Of a stretch of 64,000 bases of DNA, positions 1 through 12,087 are shown piece by piece. Below the pieces are notes generated by a model that was not told where the DNA came from, did not search any database, and saw nothing but the letters and a program-made list of their open reading frames with translations. The DNA is taken from the NCBI RefSeq assembly GCF_009914755.1, contig NC_060925.1, one strand, 5' to 3'. Numbering within the stretch: the stretch's first letter is position 1; every line of letters starts with the position of its first letter. Source of the stretch: the human T2T-CHM13v2.0 reference genome, Homo sapiens. Position numbers and translations under genes: made by a program.

Positions 1-3000
1 TTTTAGATTTCCTGTTAAGTTATTCTCCAGAGTTTTTATATAAAATGCACGAATAAGCATGATTTAACGAGAAGACAAAGTCTTAAGTGCTGTAATTCAT
101 GTTGGAAATCATGAGTATTTTTAAGTCTTCTTACTTATAATCAAAGTGGTCATCTCCTGAATATAATGAAAATAAGAGCAAGTGATAGCCCCTTATCTTT
201 ATTTAAATATGCTTTATCTGCAGGAGTTTGAACAACTCAGGCAAGGAAATATTTTGTTGAGAGGCAAGATGCATTTTTAAATTTATTTTTGCTTAATATG
301 TGCTCAACTTAAATTGATTTGAGAACATATATTTAAGCAAGGTCTTCATAAATTATTATAAAATGAGAATTGTATATTGTGACATGTTTAATAATCATGA
401 TTTTATTCCAGTGATCCAATAAAAGGAGTGCTCAATTGAAGGAATGGAAATGTGTCAAAAAGCCCAAACTCTGCACAGTATAATGATTCCTAATTCTCAA
501 AAAATCCAATGGGTTTTAGTTTCTAAAAGTGATACGATAAAAGAGTACAGAGTCTCTCTCTAATTCTGTGAGTGAAATTCTCTTTAGAGGGAATGCTGAA
601 TAAAAAAGATAAGATCAGGGAAAGAGGTGAAAGAAATGTTCTTCTCCAGTTCACCTTACATTAGGAGTCAACTTTTACCCAAGCTCAGGCAAAGTTACTT
701 ATATGAGAATCCCGGTACTTCAGGATGGAGAGAATGAGAAACAAGAAAATGATAGGCATGGTATTAAATCTTAGGTATGGCAATTCTATTGAGCAACATT
801 AATGTTTTGGAAGGTTCTAAATCATAATAAGAAGTATGTATCTCATGCATGATACAAATGCATTTCATTAACAGGGAGAACAAGGTTTAGAGCTGAAAGT
901 AAATCAAAGTAAGAGTTTGTATTTTAATGAAGTACAGAAGAGCTGCCCTCCTAAAGGATTGAAAAGGACTCAAAAATGTCCTTTACATATTGTCAGTACA
1001 AATGAAGAACATGTATTGAATTAATTCCTACACAGAAAATTCATCATGGAATAGCCAATAGGTATTATCTTTCTACAGTATGAGAAGTACAAAAGAAGTC
1101 TTTACTATATAATCTGATTCAGATTATATGCACTCGTGTGTATCATAGGCACTCATGAAACAATTGGAGAAAAATACAAACAAAACAAAGCAATGTAATG
1201 GTGTGGCATGAAAAAATAAATATTGCAGCAGGTGAGCGAGGGAAATCAGAGCTGATGTGGGAGATTTGCAGGACAGTGACTTTTTTTTAAGATGCACTTT
1301 TAAAAGGGGTGAAATGTGTCCCTTCAACACAAGGCATTCCAAACCATGAAATCCTAGAAGAAAATGAAAAATCATTAATTTGCCAATTCACATTCAGCTT
1401 TTGGTTCATGGGACAGGCATTTAGATACAACACAACCTATTTGATCTTCTCCTCCATAAATCATTCAGTTCCTTTAATGTTCCAGCCAAAGTCTGTGAAG
1501 CAATGTAACTGCTTGATTTTGTCAGGCGATTTATAAAAATGTAGTCACCTGGAAAATGCTAAAGGGATTGACTGAAACCAATTTTCACTCTTGTGAAATG
1601 CATCTTTGTTTCAGTCAGGTTGACTCAATAGCTAACAAAACAGAAAGAACCTGACAGACATGTTTCCCAGTGCCCATTGGCCTTATGTGCCTACCCACTC
1701 ACATATACCTAGTTAGTTGCATGAACAGATATTATTGCTGTCTCCTCCCCACAAATATTATTTTTGCTACCTTAAAAAGACTTTCCTCTTGCAATTTAAC
1801 AGTAAAAGGACACAAATAACAAAATCTTAAGACTTAAGTTCTAGTCTTAATATCATTGCCTATAGGAGTTGTGACTTTGGTTTTTAGTTCACATCTCTTA
1901 GTCTTGGTTTTTCTTCATTGCATTATTACTCATTAAGCACTCTGAGCAATACAAATGCATTTTCTGCAGTGCAAATGTATTGGAATTGACAATCTTCATT
2001 ATGTTAAATATTAAGTAGAACTTTGTACAAATAATGCATTTCATTTAGAACTGAGTTAACATATTCAAGAGTGGCATTGAATTCAGAAACTGAATTGTTT
2101 CTGGCCTGGACAAGCTATGCATTTATGGTTAAGAACATTCATAAACATGATTGTACCTTATTGAATCTCATATTTCTTATAACTTATTTTTTTCATTGTT
2201 AACACATTCCAGGGTAAATATGAACATGTATCAACTAGGGAATATAAAAAATCAAAAGAGAAATAAAAATCAACTAGAATTGGTTGATTATGTCATCACT
2301 GTACTAATTCGTTTTCCTCAAAGTACAAAAATTCCATGTTGATGCATATATTGTACCTAGATTAGCACTTGGAGCCAATAGAGACTTTTGAATTTTCTCA
2401 GTATCCTCTGCTTTCTATCTCTCATTTCACCTCTGTAAGGTGAGAAATACTGTTGAGTTGGAATGTCAATAATATCTAAACTGGCTTTCATTAATAAGAG
2501 GTAACTATGTCCATTTATTTAGCTATACACCAGGCACTAGCACTCAATTACTTGCCAGAAATGCTAAATACATGAAACAATTCTGTTCAATAAGGATAAA
2601 ACAGTGCCTAAGTAATTTCTATAGGTATTCTAAGGATAAAATAAGGAAAAAAATAAATGCATTCTAAAGTATAATTAATTATAGCTTTAATTTTTAAATG
2701 TCAATGTTTTGTCAATATTTTTCTTTGAAAGGTTAACAATGTATATTATCTTAATAGAGATCACATGAATCAAATTATATTTTGCCTTATTTTGGACTGT
2801 TTCAACTTTGTCTTTCAAAATAAATAATGGGTCAATAAGGGTTGCCAAATTCAATACTGAGACAAATGTTTATTAAGCTCCCATATGGCTATTACTAAAA
2901 TGTACTACTACAAATATCTGTAATAATTGCTGCCATATATCGAAAAATTCCTGTATGCCAGACACTGCTTAGTACTTCATATGTTCTGTCTCACCACACT

Positions 3001-3749
3001 GATCATTTGCAGGATATAAGGTGATTAAATATAATCCCCATCATTTGGGGCAAATTGTATGAGATGTGTGTAGAATTAGAGTAGGAGTTGCTGTGGGTCA
3101 ACATGACTGGCCCAGGGCTAATACGTTTTAAGGCCCTCCTCTTCTCACCATTTAGCCTCTTGGGATTCTAGAACTTAAAGATGAGGCCTCATAGTATAGG
3201 CCAGTAGAAGTTTGCATCCTGTCTGCAGCAGTTCAACTGAGTGCCAGATTGAGAAGCCTGCCAAAACTCCAGGGGCTTTCACCACAAAAAGTAGGGAAAC
3301 AAACTTCATTTTGTGAATGGGTATATTTTGGCCCTGAGCTGACATTCACTGAAGCCAAGCTGTACAGCCTCTGGTATTCTCAAATATGCTTAAAAACCCA
3401 CAAACCTGCCTTTTTTTTTTCCATCCAAGTCAATATTGGCCCAAAGTCAGAAGCCTTGCCTTTTTTGGTCATGTTGTAGATGCTGGACCAATGTCGACTT
3501 GGTAAGAATGTTGACTTAGGAGGGCATGGACGCATCCTGGCCCTTATAAACCTCCCAGATTTACAGAAGTGCCTCTTGAGCTCTTAATGAAATGAAGTAA
3601 GTCTAATTCTCTGTATTAGGTTGTTTATTGAGCAGACTCATGGCAAAGCCCAAAACAGTATACCTGTGGGGCTGATATTGGCAAAGTGATAATATCTTTG
3701 TAGTATTCTTCAGATTAAGCTGTTTTCTTTTTCTTTTTATCACCATATA

Positions 3750-3970
3750 TGGTAGTGGCTAAGAGTCAGTTTTAGAATTATGAGTTAATAAATCCAGGCT
3801 TTGCCATTTAATTGTTTGTGCATTGGAAGTTTACTTAACCTCACTCTATTTCCCTTAGGTGTAAAATGCATATATCAGTAGGGCTGTTGGGAGGATTCAG
3901 TGGGATTATAGAGGTGAAGTGCTTAGCACAGTGTCTGATACATACAGCACACTCAATAAATGCTAATGTG
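3750..3970 (+). mobile_element. MIR SINE
   Basis: MIR core-like aagtttacttaacctc...tgtaaaatg and 3' end aagtgcttagcacagtgtctgatacatacagcacactcaataaatgcta. Confidence 0.85.
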
Positions 3971-4029
3971 AGAATAAGATAATGTTTAGGGTAAGGATTC
4001 TTTAGTTGGGCATTTATTTTCACATAGAT

Positions 4030-4212
4030 ATTCCAAATATACCTGAAAGAGAGCTCCTTCATCTTCCTCCCCGTGATCCATTGATGTCTCTGTGTGTCAT
4101 ATTCCAATGTTTTACCAAATTATTGAAGCTAGAAATTCTAATTGCCAGCTCTTTCTTCCCTGGCCCCCACATCTAATCAACTACCAAGGCCTTATGGTTT
4201 TACCATCTAAAT
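4030..4212 (+). mobile_element. L2 LINE fragment
   Basis: L2-like agctagaaattcta...cccccacatctaatcaactaccaag...ttaccatctaaatat. Confidence 0.6.
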
Positions 4213-4213
4213 A

Positions 4214-4305
4214 TGGTCTTGAACTTCCCAGTTCAAGCGGTCCTCCTGCCTCAGCCTCACAAGGTGCTGAAATTACAGTCATGACCCACCCCACCATGCC
4301 CAGCC
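4214..4305 (-). mobile_element. Old Alu left-monomer 5' fragment (FLAM/AluJ-like), tail absent
   Basis: tggtcttgaacttcc...ctcctgcctcagcctc...gtgctgaaattacag...accatgcccagcc. Confidence 0.8.
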
Positions 4306-5325
4306 CAGTTACTTATTGTTATATTTAATCTTGTTACTATTCCCCTCTGCTATGCCTGTGTGCACTCTCAGCTGTGTTGCTCTTCCTATTACTTAGCAAT
4401 ACAGACTAAGCACCTTAGGATGGTGTTATCTTTGATCTAGCTGCTGCTTCCTTCTCCAACAACCTATTTTAGACTTAGAAAAGTATTTAGTAAGCTTTAT
4501 TCTTGTCTGGAGGATAATGGCAGTGTATTTTTCTTTGTTTTGGTAGTATAACGCTAGCATACTTTATGAAATGATTATGTCCTTTTTCTACCATTAGAAG
4601 GGTTAAATTGAAGCTTGGGAAACATAAATACCTGTAATTGGTGAATTACTGACCATTTTTTCCCAAAATACTATGTTATCAATGAGTAAACAGATCAGGT
4701 AAAAAGCCTGCATATACAAATTAAAATTGAATATATTTCTCCTGAAAATCGATGAAAAGATATTTTTATCTACTAGAGTAATTCCACCGTATGCAGCAGG
4801 ATATACTTTTTGTTTCTAGTTGCTGGACATGCCTGATGTTTCTATGCCAAAATGTCTCACTGAATAAATAAAGATAACATAATTGCCTCATTTATTAGAT
4901 TTTAAACTGCTTGACAGGAGAGAGACTGTCTGACAAGTGTGCTTAGAACAGGGCAGAATACTTTGTCATCAATCTGTAAATGCGTGTTGATTGATTGGTG
5001 GCCGGGTCATGGATTTTGGATTGTTTAACCAACAGTAATGAAAGCTTTGCTGTCTAGCTAAACGCTTTATAAAGACTCTTTGCCCTGACGTCTGTCTGGA
5101 ATTTGCAAACTATTTCAAAAAGGTAAAGCTACCTTCTTGGGTAGCTTTGGGTAAAAATAATTTAGACTGGGTAAAAATAATGGCTTGAATTCAAGTGAGC
5201 AAATGTATAACTTGATTATGCAGATGTACAGACTTTTCTTAAAATTTATTAAGCAGTATTATAAAATATTACAAAAACACCAGTGTAAATGTCTTTAAAC
5301 TGCCCCATACTTGTATATTATAGCA

Positions 5326-5528
5326 CAGAGATCAGAAAAATCACAACCCTCAGGTGAAATCTGGCCCATTCCCTGTTTTTATAAGAGAATTTGTATTGGA
5401 ACACAGCCATGCACGTTCATTTACATGTTGTCTATGACTGCTTGTGCACTACAACAGCAGAGCTGAGTAATTCCAACAATGCCTTTGGAACCGCCAAGGC
5501 CCTTTTCTGAAAAGCGTATTGACCTTTG
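5326..5528 (+). mobile_element. MER58A (hAT-Charlie non-autonomous DNA transposon)
   Basis: ttggaacacagccatgcacgttcatttacatgttgtctatgactgc core; 8-bp TSD ttatagca (5318-5325) / ttctagca (5529-5536). Confidence 0.85.
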
Positions 5529-6299
5529 TTCTAGCACATTGTAGATCATGTGCTATTCTAATTATTTTGTGTCTAGATGCTGTTACATTAACATGTAATT
5601 TTGGTGCATTGTGAGTCTGTGTAGGTTTTACGCATGCATTAAAATAATACTCCTATGTGTACCGAACTTTTGAATCAAATAATAGTAGATGGATAATATT
5701 TTATGAGGTTAATGTGCCATATGTTACAAAACTAGATTCTATTTATTGATCATTTAGTTTTTTTTCCGCCATATTTTCTTACATTGTGACTAATCTTGAT
5801 TTACCTTTGAAAAAACCTGATGTTCATTTGCCTCGTGGCTGGGTTTAAGCATAACATATTAAAGTAGTTCCTATACCTAAAGAGGTTATCAGGTAGTTGT
5901 ATCAGGTTTTGTGGAGCTCAGAACTGACTTTAATGGCTTCAGCAATTACTTGTCTGATTCTCTATAAGATGCATGGTGATATCTAGTGTACAGAACACTT
6001 GACTGAAATCAATGGGCAATAATTCTGTTTTCTGCTGAATGTAAAATCCTTAACAACCGCTGGCTTAGCTTTTCTTCTGTGAAATTAGACATGACAATAA
6101 ATGTCTTATTGAACCAGCTTCAAGAAATGGTGTGTTGATGAGACTGTGTGTTTGTTAATAAATAAGAACAATTTCATTATTGCAATCCCAGCATCTAGCA
6201 GTACCTGATAGCAGTACTTATTGAATACTCTTTGCCTAAATTAATAATTATACAACTTAAAATCGTAAATGTTCTGGAAAGCTACCATTAACAATAGAA

Positions 6300-6528
6300 C
6301 TAGCTTCTAGACTTAGTAACTTTTAGTTTGGTTACTGGGTCCACCACTCACTGTCTCCAAAAATTTACAAAAATCATTTAAGCTCTAAGCCACAATTTTC
6401 TCATGTGTATTATAGTGATAATAATAGTACTTATCCCATACAGTTATTGTGAAGATCAAAAAAAATCAAAATAAAGCACTAACAATGTGCTTGACACATA
6501 GTCCCTACCCAGTAAATGTAAGTTACTG
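6300..6528 (+). mobile_element. MIR SINE
   Basis: ttttctcatgtgta...ataatagtacttatcccatacagttattgtgaagatcaaa...aaagcactaacaatgtgcttgacacatag. Confidence 0.8.
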
Positions 6529-7350
6529 TCATGTTTCAATGCAGTTCTTAAATGGAGAGCTATAGTCTGCTTTGAAGGTAATTATTCCTGGAAGGTTTTC
6601 ATTTTCTATTTGGACAGAATTGTTATTCTGAGTAGCCTGCACCTGACCCCAAAAGAATGAATATTAAAATGTATTCTTATTTTAAAATGTCAGTTTCATA
6701 ATTTCTTGGCCAATTGGACCTTCCACAGTGAGGCACTCTCTCTGACCTTTTTTGGTAGCACCAATTGTTTAAAAGTCTCTATATAATTTTAAAAAGCTTT
6801 TGTGCTACTTTTCCTTCATGCTTATTATGAATTTGAAATCGTGTGCTATAAAAAGTATTTGGCTGTATGTGCTTTTATAATGAAAGTAATTTAATTGGGC
6901 ATTCTGCCTCCACAGATCAGCAAGGGTCAAAATGACTTTTTTAAAGAGAACATGAGAGAAGCATTACAGAAGTCAGAGAGGGTAAAAAAAAAAAGACCTC
7001 ACCTTTTGCTTTCAGCACCGAATGATGCAGGCTTCATTAAGGCCAGTGGCGAGTCTCGTGTGTCGTGTATTTGCAAACCTGCTCCACTGACGGATACCTT
7101 CCCACATGTGTTCCTTGGAGTGGATGGTTAATCACCCCACATCTGTTTAGCTGGTACCTGCACAATTAGACAATCCTGGGACAAGGACACCTTAAGCACA
7201 TGACACCAACTATCCTTACTCACTATTTTTTTTCTGAAATTCTTGCTGCCCTTGAAGTTTCCTTGTTGAGCTTTTCCAAGATTACACTTGTCGTGCTGTA
7301 AGACTACTAGAAAATAAATACTTTTCTTAAAGATGGGACACCCCAATCAA

Positions 7351-7519
7351 GCTAATTTACATAATCAACTCCTTTTCACACAATGCTGGTAGGATTGTAA
7401 ACTACCTTTTTGCCCATTGTTGTTAAAGGTTTGCTAGTTTACATAATCTATTCCTTTTCACACAATGTTGGTAGGATTGTAGAATCAACTACCTTTTTGC
7501 CCATTGTTGTTAAGGGTTT
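7351..7519. repeat. Two-copy tandem duplication (82 bp + 87 bp)
   Basis: gctaatttacataatc...ttaaaggttt (7351-7432) repeated as gctagtttacataatc...ttaagggttt (7433-7519), a few substitutions and a 5-bp indel. Confidence 0.95.
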
Positions 7520-8202
7520 TCTGGAAGTGGAGCAAATATGCTTCACTCTTAACAAACACTTACTTCACAACATTCCCACTGACAGAAGCTGAATTTAACG
7601 TTAGTTTTCATGGTTATATCCCCTTTGAATGAGATTAGGATATAACAGAATGAGACCTTAGGAGTTCGGGCAAAAATACCTGCTTTGTATAAGATGAAAA
7701 CATGCCTATTCTGTAACCAACTCTCTGATAAAGGAAGTAATGTAGGTACAGTGATTAGGAGAGGAATCGTCTAGAAGACACCATGTCCATCCATCAATAT
7801 TCCTACTTAGTTTGGTCAAGTGAGTCTTTCAAATCTTTGAATCTTTGTTTGCCTATATATTGTAAGTTCACAATGGTAGTTCAGTTAAGTATTATATGGA
7901 TAAATTGCTCTTCAAAATATTAACAATAACAATTGACAAGTCTCTATAAAAATCAGCAAAAACGTTATGATCTTCTCATGTAGCTGAAGGTGGTGGAGTT
8001 AATGGAATAACATTAATTCATTCTTAAACCAGAATGGAATTTTTGTCACAAGGTCTCTGCTTTTCATTCTAACTTCTACTCAAGGATCTACTAAACCTTT
8101 TTGTCAAAGAGTCTCCATTGTGTGCACACACACACACTCACATATACGCCCTTTGAATCATCACAAGCACTTTTATTATTACTATAGATTAAGCCAATGT
8201 GG

Positions 8203-10725
8203 ATTCATTCATTCAATCCTTCATTCAAAATGTCTTGAGTGCCCATCGTGTTTAAAGCATTGCCTTGATCAGCAGTTCTCTAAGTGTAGTGTGTTGCCAA
8301 GCTGTGTGTTTTCCAGACCCTTTCAGGGAGTGCATGAGATGAGAACACTGAGAATGACATGAACTTTATTACAATACTAATACTCATAAGAACTCACTGT
8401 GTTGACATTTGCATTGCTGGTGTAAAAGCAGTTGTAAGTAAAACTGCTGGTCCTTAAGTACAAACCAAGGCAGGGACACAAAACTGTATTAGCCATTATG
8501 TTATTCACTACCCCTTGCTCATCACACAGGTTTTACTTTAAAATGTTGGGATGGAGCAGTAAAAAATAATAATAATTTTGTTAAATCTTCATCGTTGAGT
8601 GAACATTTTTTTAATATTCTGTGTGCACAGTGTGATGTACACATAAATGTCTGTTTCATACTGAAGCATAATGGTTGTGATGAAGGGAAAAAAAATCCCA
8701 GTGGCCTTGTTTCAGATGGAAGCTGAACTGCGTACTTCTTTCAGGGAACGTCATTTGTACTTGAAAGGACTAATAGATGAACTCTGGTTATTCAGACTTG
8801 GATATTTTGCAGACATTTTCTCAAAAATGAATCAAGTGAGCTGTCACTACAAGGAAAACAGTTGACATTACTTGTTGTCAGTGATAAAATTTTGAGCTTT
8901 CAAGCAAAATTTGAACTGTGGAAAAATTGTGCCCACCACAATGAGCTGGACAACTTCATAATAGTTACAGAGTTTTCTGGTGAGATTGATGGTGAGATTA
9001 ATTAATGTGACTTTTTTGTATTAGATATAATGAAAGTGACAAAATTTGGATGATCTGTATAACTCAGTGAACAAATGCCTTAAAAATGCGTGATGTTACA
9101 AATCATGCATTGGTAAAAGATTCATTCAAAATACAACAGGCTGTAATATAACATAGTGTGAAAACTTTATAGAAATGGTTTTAGATTCCACCTTGCATCA
9201 CATATTTAACAAACTACTACTTTCGAGTTTGGGTGTATTTTTAAAGTAAAATATCCACAATTATCTGAAAACAATACTAAAATACTCCTCTCTTTCTAAC
9301 TGTGTATCTGAATTTTCTTCATTTGTATCAACCAAAACAACTATCTTTGAACTTGGAAACAAAGACACAAGAATCTAGCCATCTTTTATTAAGCCAGGCT
9401 TTAATGTGATTTACAAAGATGTAAGGCAATACCACTCCTATCAATAAATGTTTAAGTTAGAAAATATAGCCAGTTTTCAACAAAAATATGTAAATTTAAA
9501 AACTGTATAGTTGGTTTTTTATTTTAAAATTGTTTTTTATCCTCAATTTTAACTTTTAATATGTTATAGATATATATCCCCATAAACAAAACTGCTTTGG
9601 TATACTTAATAATTTTAACAGAGTAAAGAGAACTTCAGAGCAAAAATTTTGAGAACTAGAGTTTTAGATATGGGGAATGCAGTGTCAAAGACACAGACTC
9701 CATCCCCACAGTTTAATAGAGGAGGTAGAACAAGCAATGCAGCTCCTACCTTTCATGTGATGTCGTGGAGGTCTGTAGCAGGCTATGGGAATACAGAGGC
9801 AGGGTTTCTAACTCACAGAAGTGGGAGAAGGAAGGCTTCTTAAGGGAAATATTCTATCAGAGCCTCAAAGTTTATCTGAATCTGGAAGTTCAAGTACATG
9901 TTAGGCTGATAAGGAGAGAGTGGGCATTCTTGTAGAGGGAACAGTCTGTACAGAGAAACTGATGATAAGAGAACAAGCCATGTTCTAGGAGCTGCAAGTT
10001 TAGGTTGCATGAGTGAACCATGGACGCTGAGTCTGGAGTGGAGATGAAGAGCAGCACAATTTTCACAGGGTCCTGACAGTGGGGGTACAATGGAAAGATT
10101 TCTATTTTAGAAATTTTGAAAGGTAATTACTTTAGAAAGATAACTCTAGCAGAAGCAGAGAGGTTCATGGGGACATTGGGAAAGAAGGCAGAGAGAGAGA
10201 GAGATAATTTAGGACTCTACTGCAATGATCTGAGAGAGCACTGATGAACACTGTACTAAAGCAGTAACATCAGGGAGGAAAATGAAGAAATGGATTCCAG
10301 CAGTGTTAAGGAGGTTGAATTTATAGGACTTGGTAGCCAACTGAATGCAAAGGATGAAGGAGAATAAGAAAAAATACAACTTTAAGTTTTTTACTTAGGT
10401 GGTTGGAAGATAGTGGTGCCATTCTTTGAATGAGAGAGTTAAAAAAGAAGACAATTGGGGAAGAAGGGTGTTGATACATTTACTGTAACATTTTGGAGCT
10501 TTAAAGGCTGTGGACTGTCACGTGCAGATAGCCAGTAGACAGTTGAATGTGCACTTCTGTTAGGTAAGAAAAACGCAGAGGCTAAAAATAGAGATCCAGG
10601 AGTCATCACTATATGGATGTCAGTGGAATCCATGAGTCTGACTGAGAGCACTCAGACAGTGGGTAGAGGAGGAGAACATAGCCGGCCTGAGGATATCTAC
10701 ATCAAAGAGATGAATAGAGGAAGAA
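8203..10725 (-). mobile_element. L2 LINE 3' portion, split by Charlie1a
   Basis: attcattcattcaa L2 tail at 8203; L2-like purine-rich sequence resumes at 9662 and runs to ~10725. Confidence 0.8.
8270..9661 (+). mobile_element. Charlie1a-like hAT DNA transposon with transposase remnant
   Basis: TIR-like ends cagcagttctc / gagaactagag; ORF 8671-8865 encodes LWLFRLGYFADIFSKMNQVS, matching the Charlie/Buster transposase WLxRLxYLADIF motif; frame broken downstream. Confidence 0.88.
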
Positions 10726-10903
10726 GAATTATATTGCAAGTGATATTGGCTGTTCTAATACACGCTGTCTTATTTAAGGTGAAGATTAAGGAAGATTCCA
10801 GTTGATGATCTGTTCATAACTGAAGAATTCAGTGACCAGCTCTGTCACTATTCTTATATGCCGTTAGTATTGTGATAATTTGTATGCATTTTTTTCATGT
10901 GAG

Positions 10904-10985
10904 CAAGAACAAGAGAAAGGAAGAGGGAGAGAGCAGGGGGAGAGAGAACAGTAGAGAAGGGAGGGTAGAGTGGAGTGAGTGTGAA
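10904..10985. repeat. Purine-rich (GA) low-complexity tract
   Basis: aagaacaagagaaaggaagagggagagagcagggggagagagaacagtagagaagggaggg. Confidence 0.75.
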
Positions 10986-11519
10986 TGTATATGGAAACTG
11001 TGAACACTTTCTAGTACAAATCTTCCCCTTTTGAATATCTGGCAGCAGTTAGATAATTTAAAACATTTTAATTTTGGTTTAGATTGAAATGCATCTTTTG
11101 CCAACCATTTATGATCTATATATAGCCATTAAGATTGTTTCCTCAAAAACAGAAAAAATCTTTACTGTTGCCTCCAGGGTTTGGCAGAGAAATGTTAGTC
11201 CAAAGCTAAAAAATTAACCACTAATTAACCATATGTGCTTGCATTTTATATTTTTAAATACATATTAAGCTACATTATGGGAATTCTGGTTCTGAATTAC
11301 AGAGAGTAAATGTAAACAATTAGGTCCAAACACAATTATTTAGCAACCTTTCCATTTTAGTTCTAACTCAGAAAAATCTCTGGGTCTAAAAATGCCCAGC
11401 CCCATACCTATGGGACACAGCTTGAGGGATTTACTCCACAGATTTGCACTTGGTCTGCCTCCTATCCATACACTGATGAAGTTCAATGATTCAAATGAAG
11501 TCTCTAAAACACATAACAT

Positions 11520-12087
11520 TTAGATAAGTATACCTAATATCTCATTTAGATAAGTATGCCTAACATCTCACTTAGATAAGTATACCTAATATCTCACTTA
11601 GATAAGTATACCTAATATCTCATTTAGATAAGTATACCTAATATCTCACTTAGATAAGTATACCTAATATCTCACTTAGATAAGATACCTAATATCTCAC
11701 TTAGATAAGTATACCTAATATCTCACTTAGATAAGTATACCTAATATCTCACTTAGATAAGTATACCTAATATCTCACTTAGATAAGTATACCTAATATC
11801 TCACTTAGATAAGTATACCTAATATCTCACTTAGATAAGTATACCTAATATCTCACTTAGATAAGTATACCTAATATCTCACTTAGATAAGTATACCTAA
11901 TATCTCACTTAGATAAGATACCTAATATCTCACTTAGATAAGTATACCTAATATCTCACTTAGATAAGTATACCTAATATCTCATTTAGATAAGTATATC
12001 TAATATCACTTAGATAAGTATACCTAATATCTCATTTAGATAAGTATATCTAATATCTCATTTAGATAAGTATACCTAATATCTCAT
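11520..12087. repeat. Minisatellite/VNTR, 22 copies of 26-bp TTAGATAAGTATACCTAATATCTCAC
   Basis: Head-to-tail units counted by hand; 25-bp variants at 11676 and 11909, 24-bp variant at 11986, C/T at last base. Confidence 0.98.

Noticed and set aside
5148-5181. Direct repeat tgggtaaaaataat x2 (also a 17-bp pair near 3490)
   Set aside because: Ordinary micro-duplications with no further signal
7011-7031. REST/RE1 site (TTCAGCACC; also at 17464)
   Set aside because: Only the left half-site; canonical GGACAG right half is absent
8671-8865. Domesticated transposase gene
   Set aside because: Short and frameshifted, within an internally deleted Charlie1a fossil
11520-12087. CRISPR-like array (26-bp partly palindromic repeats)
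   Set aside because: No unique spacers, no cas genes, primate context; it is a contiguous minisatellite
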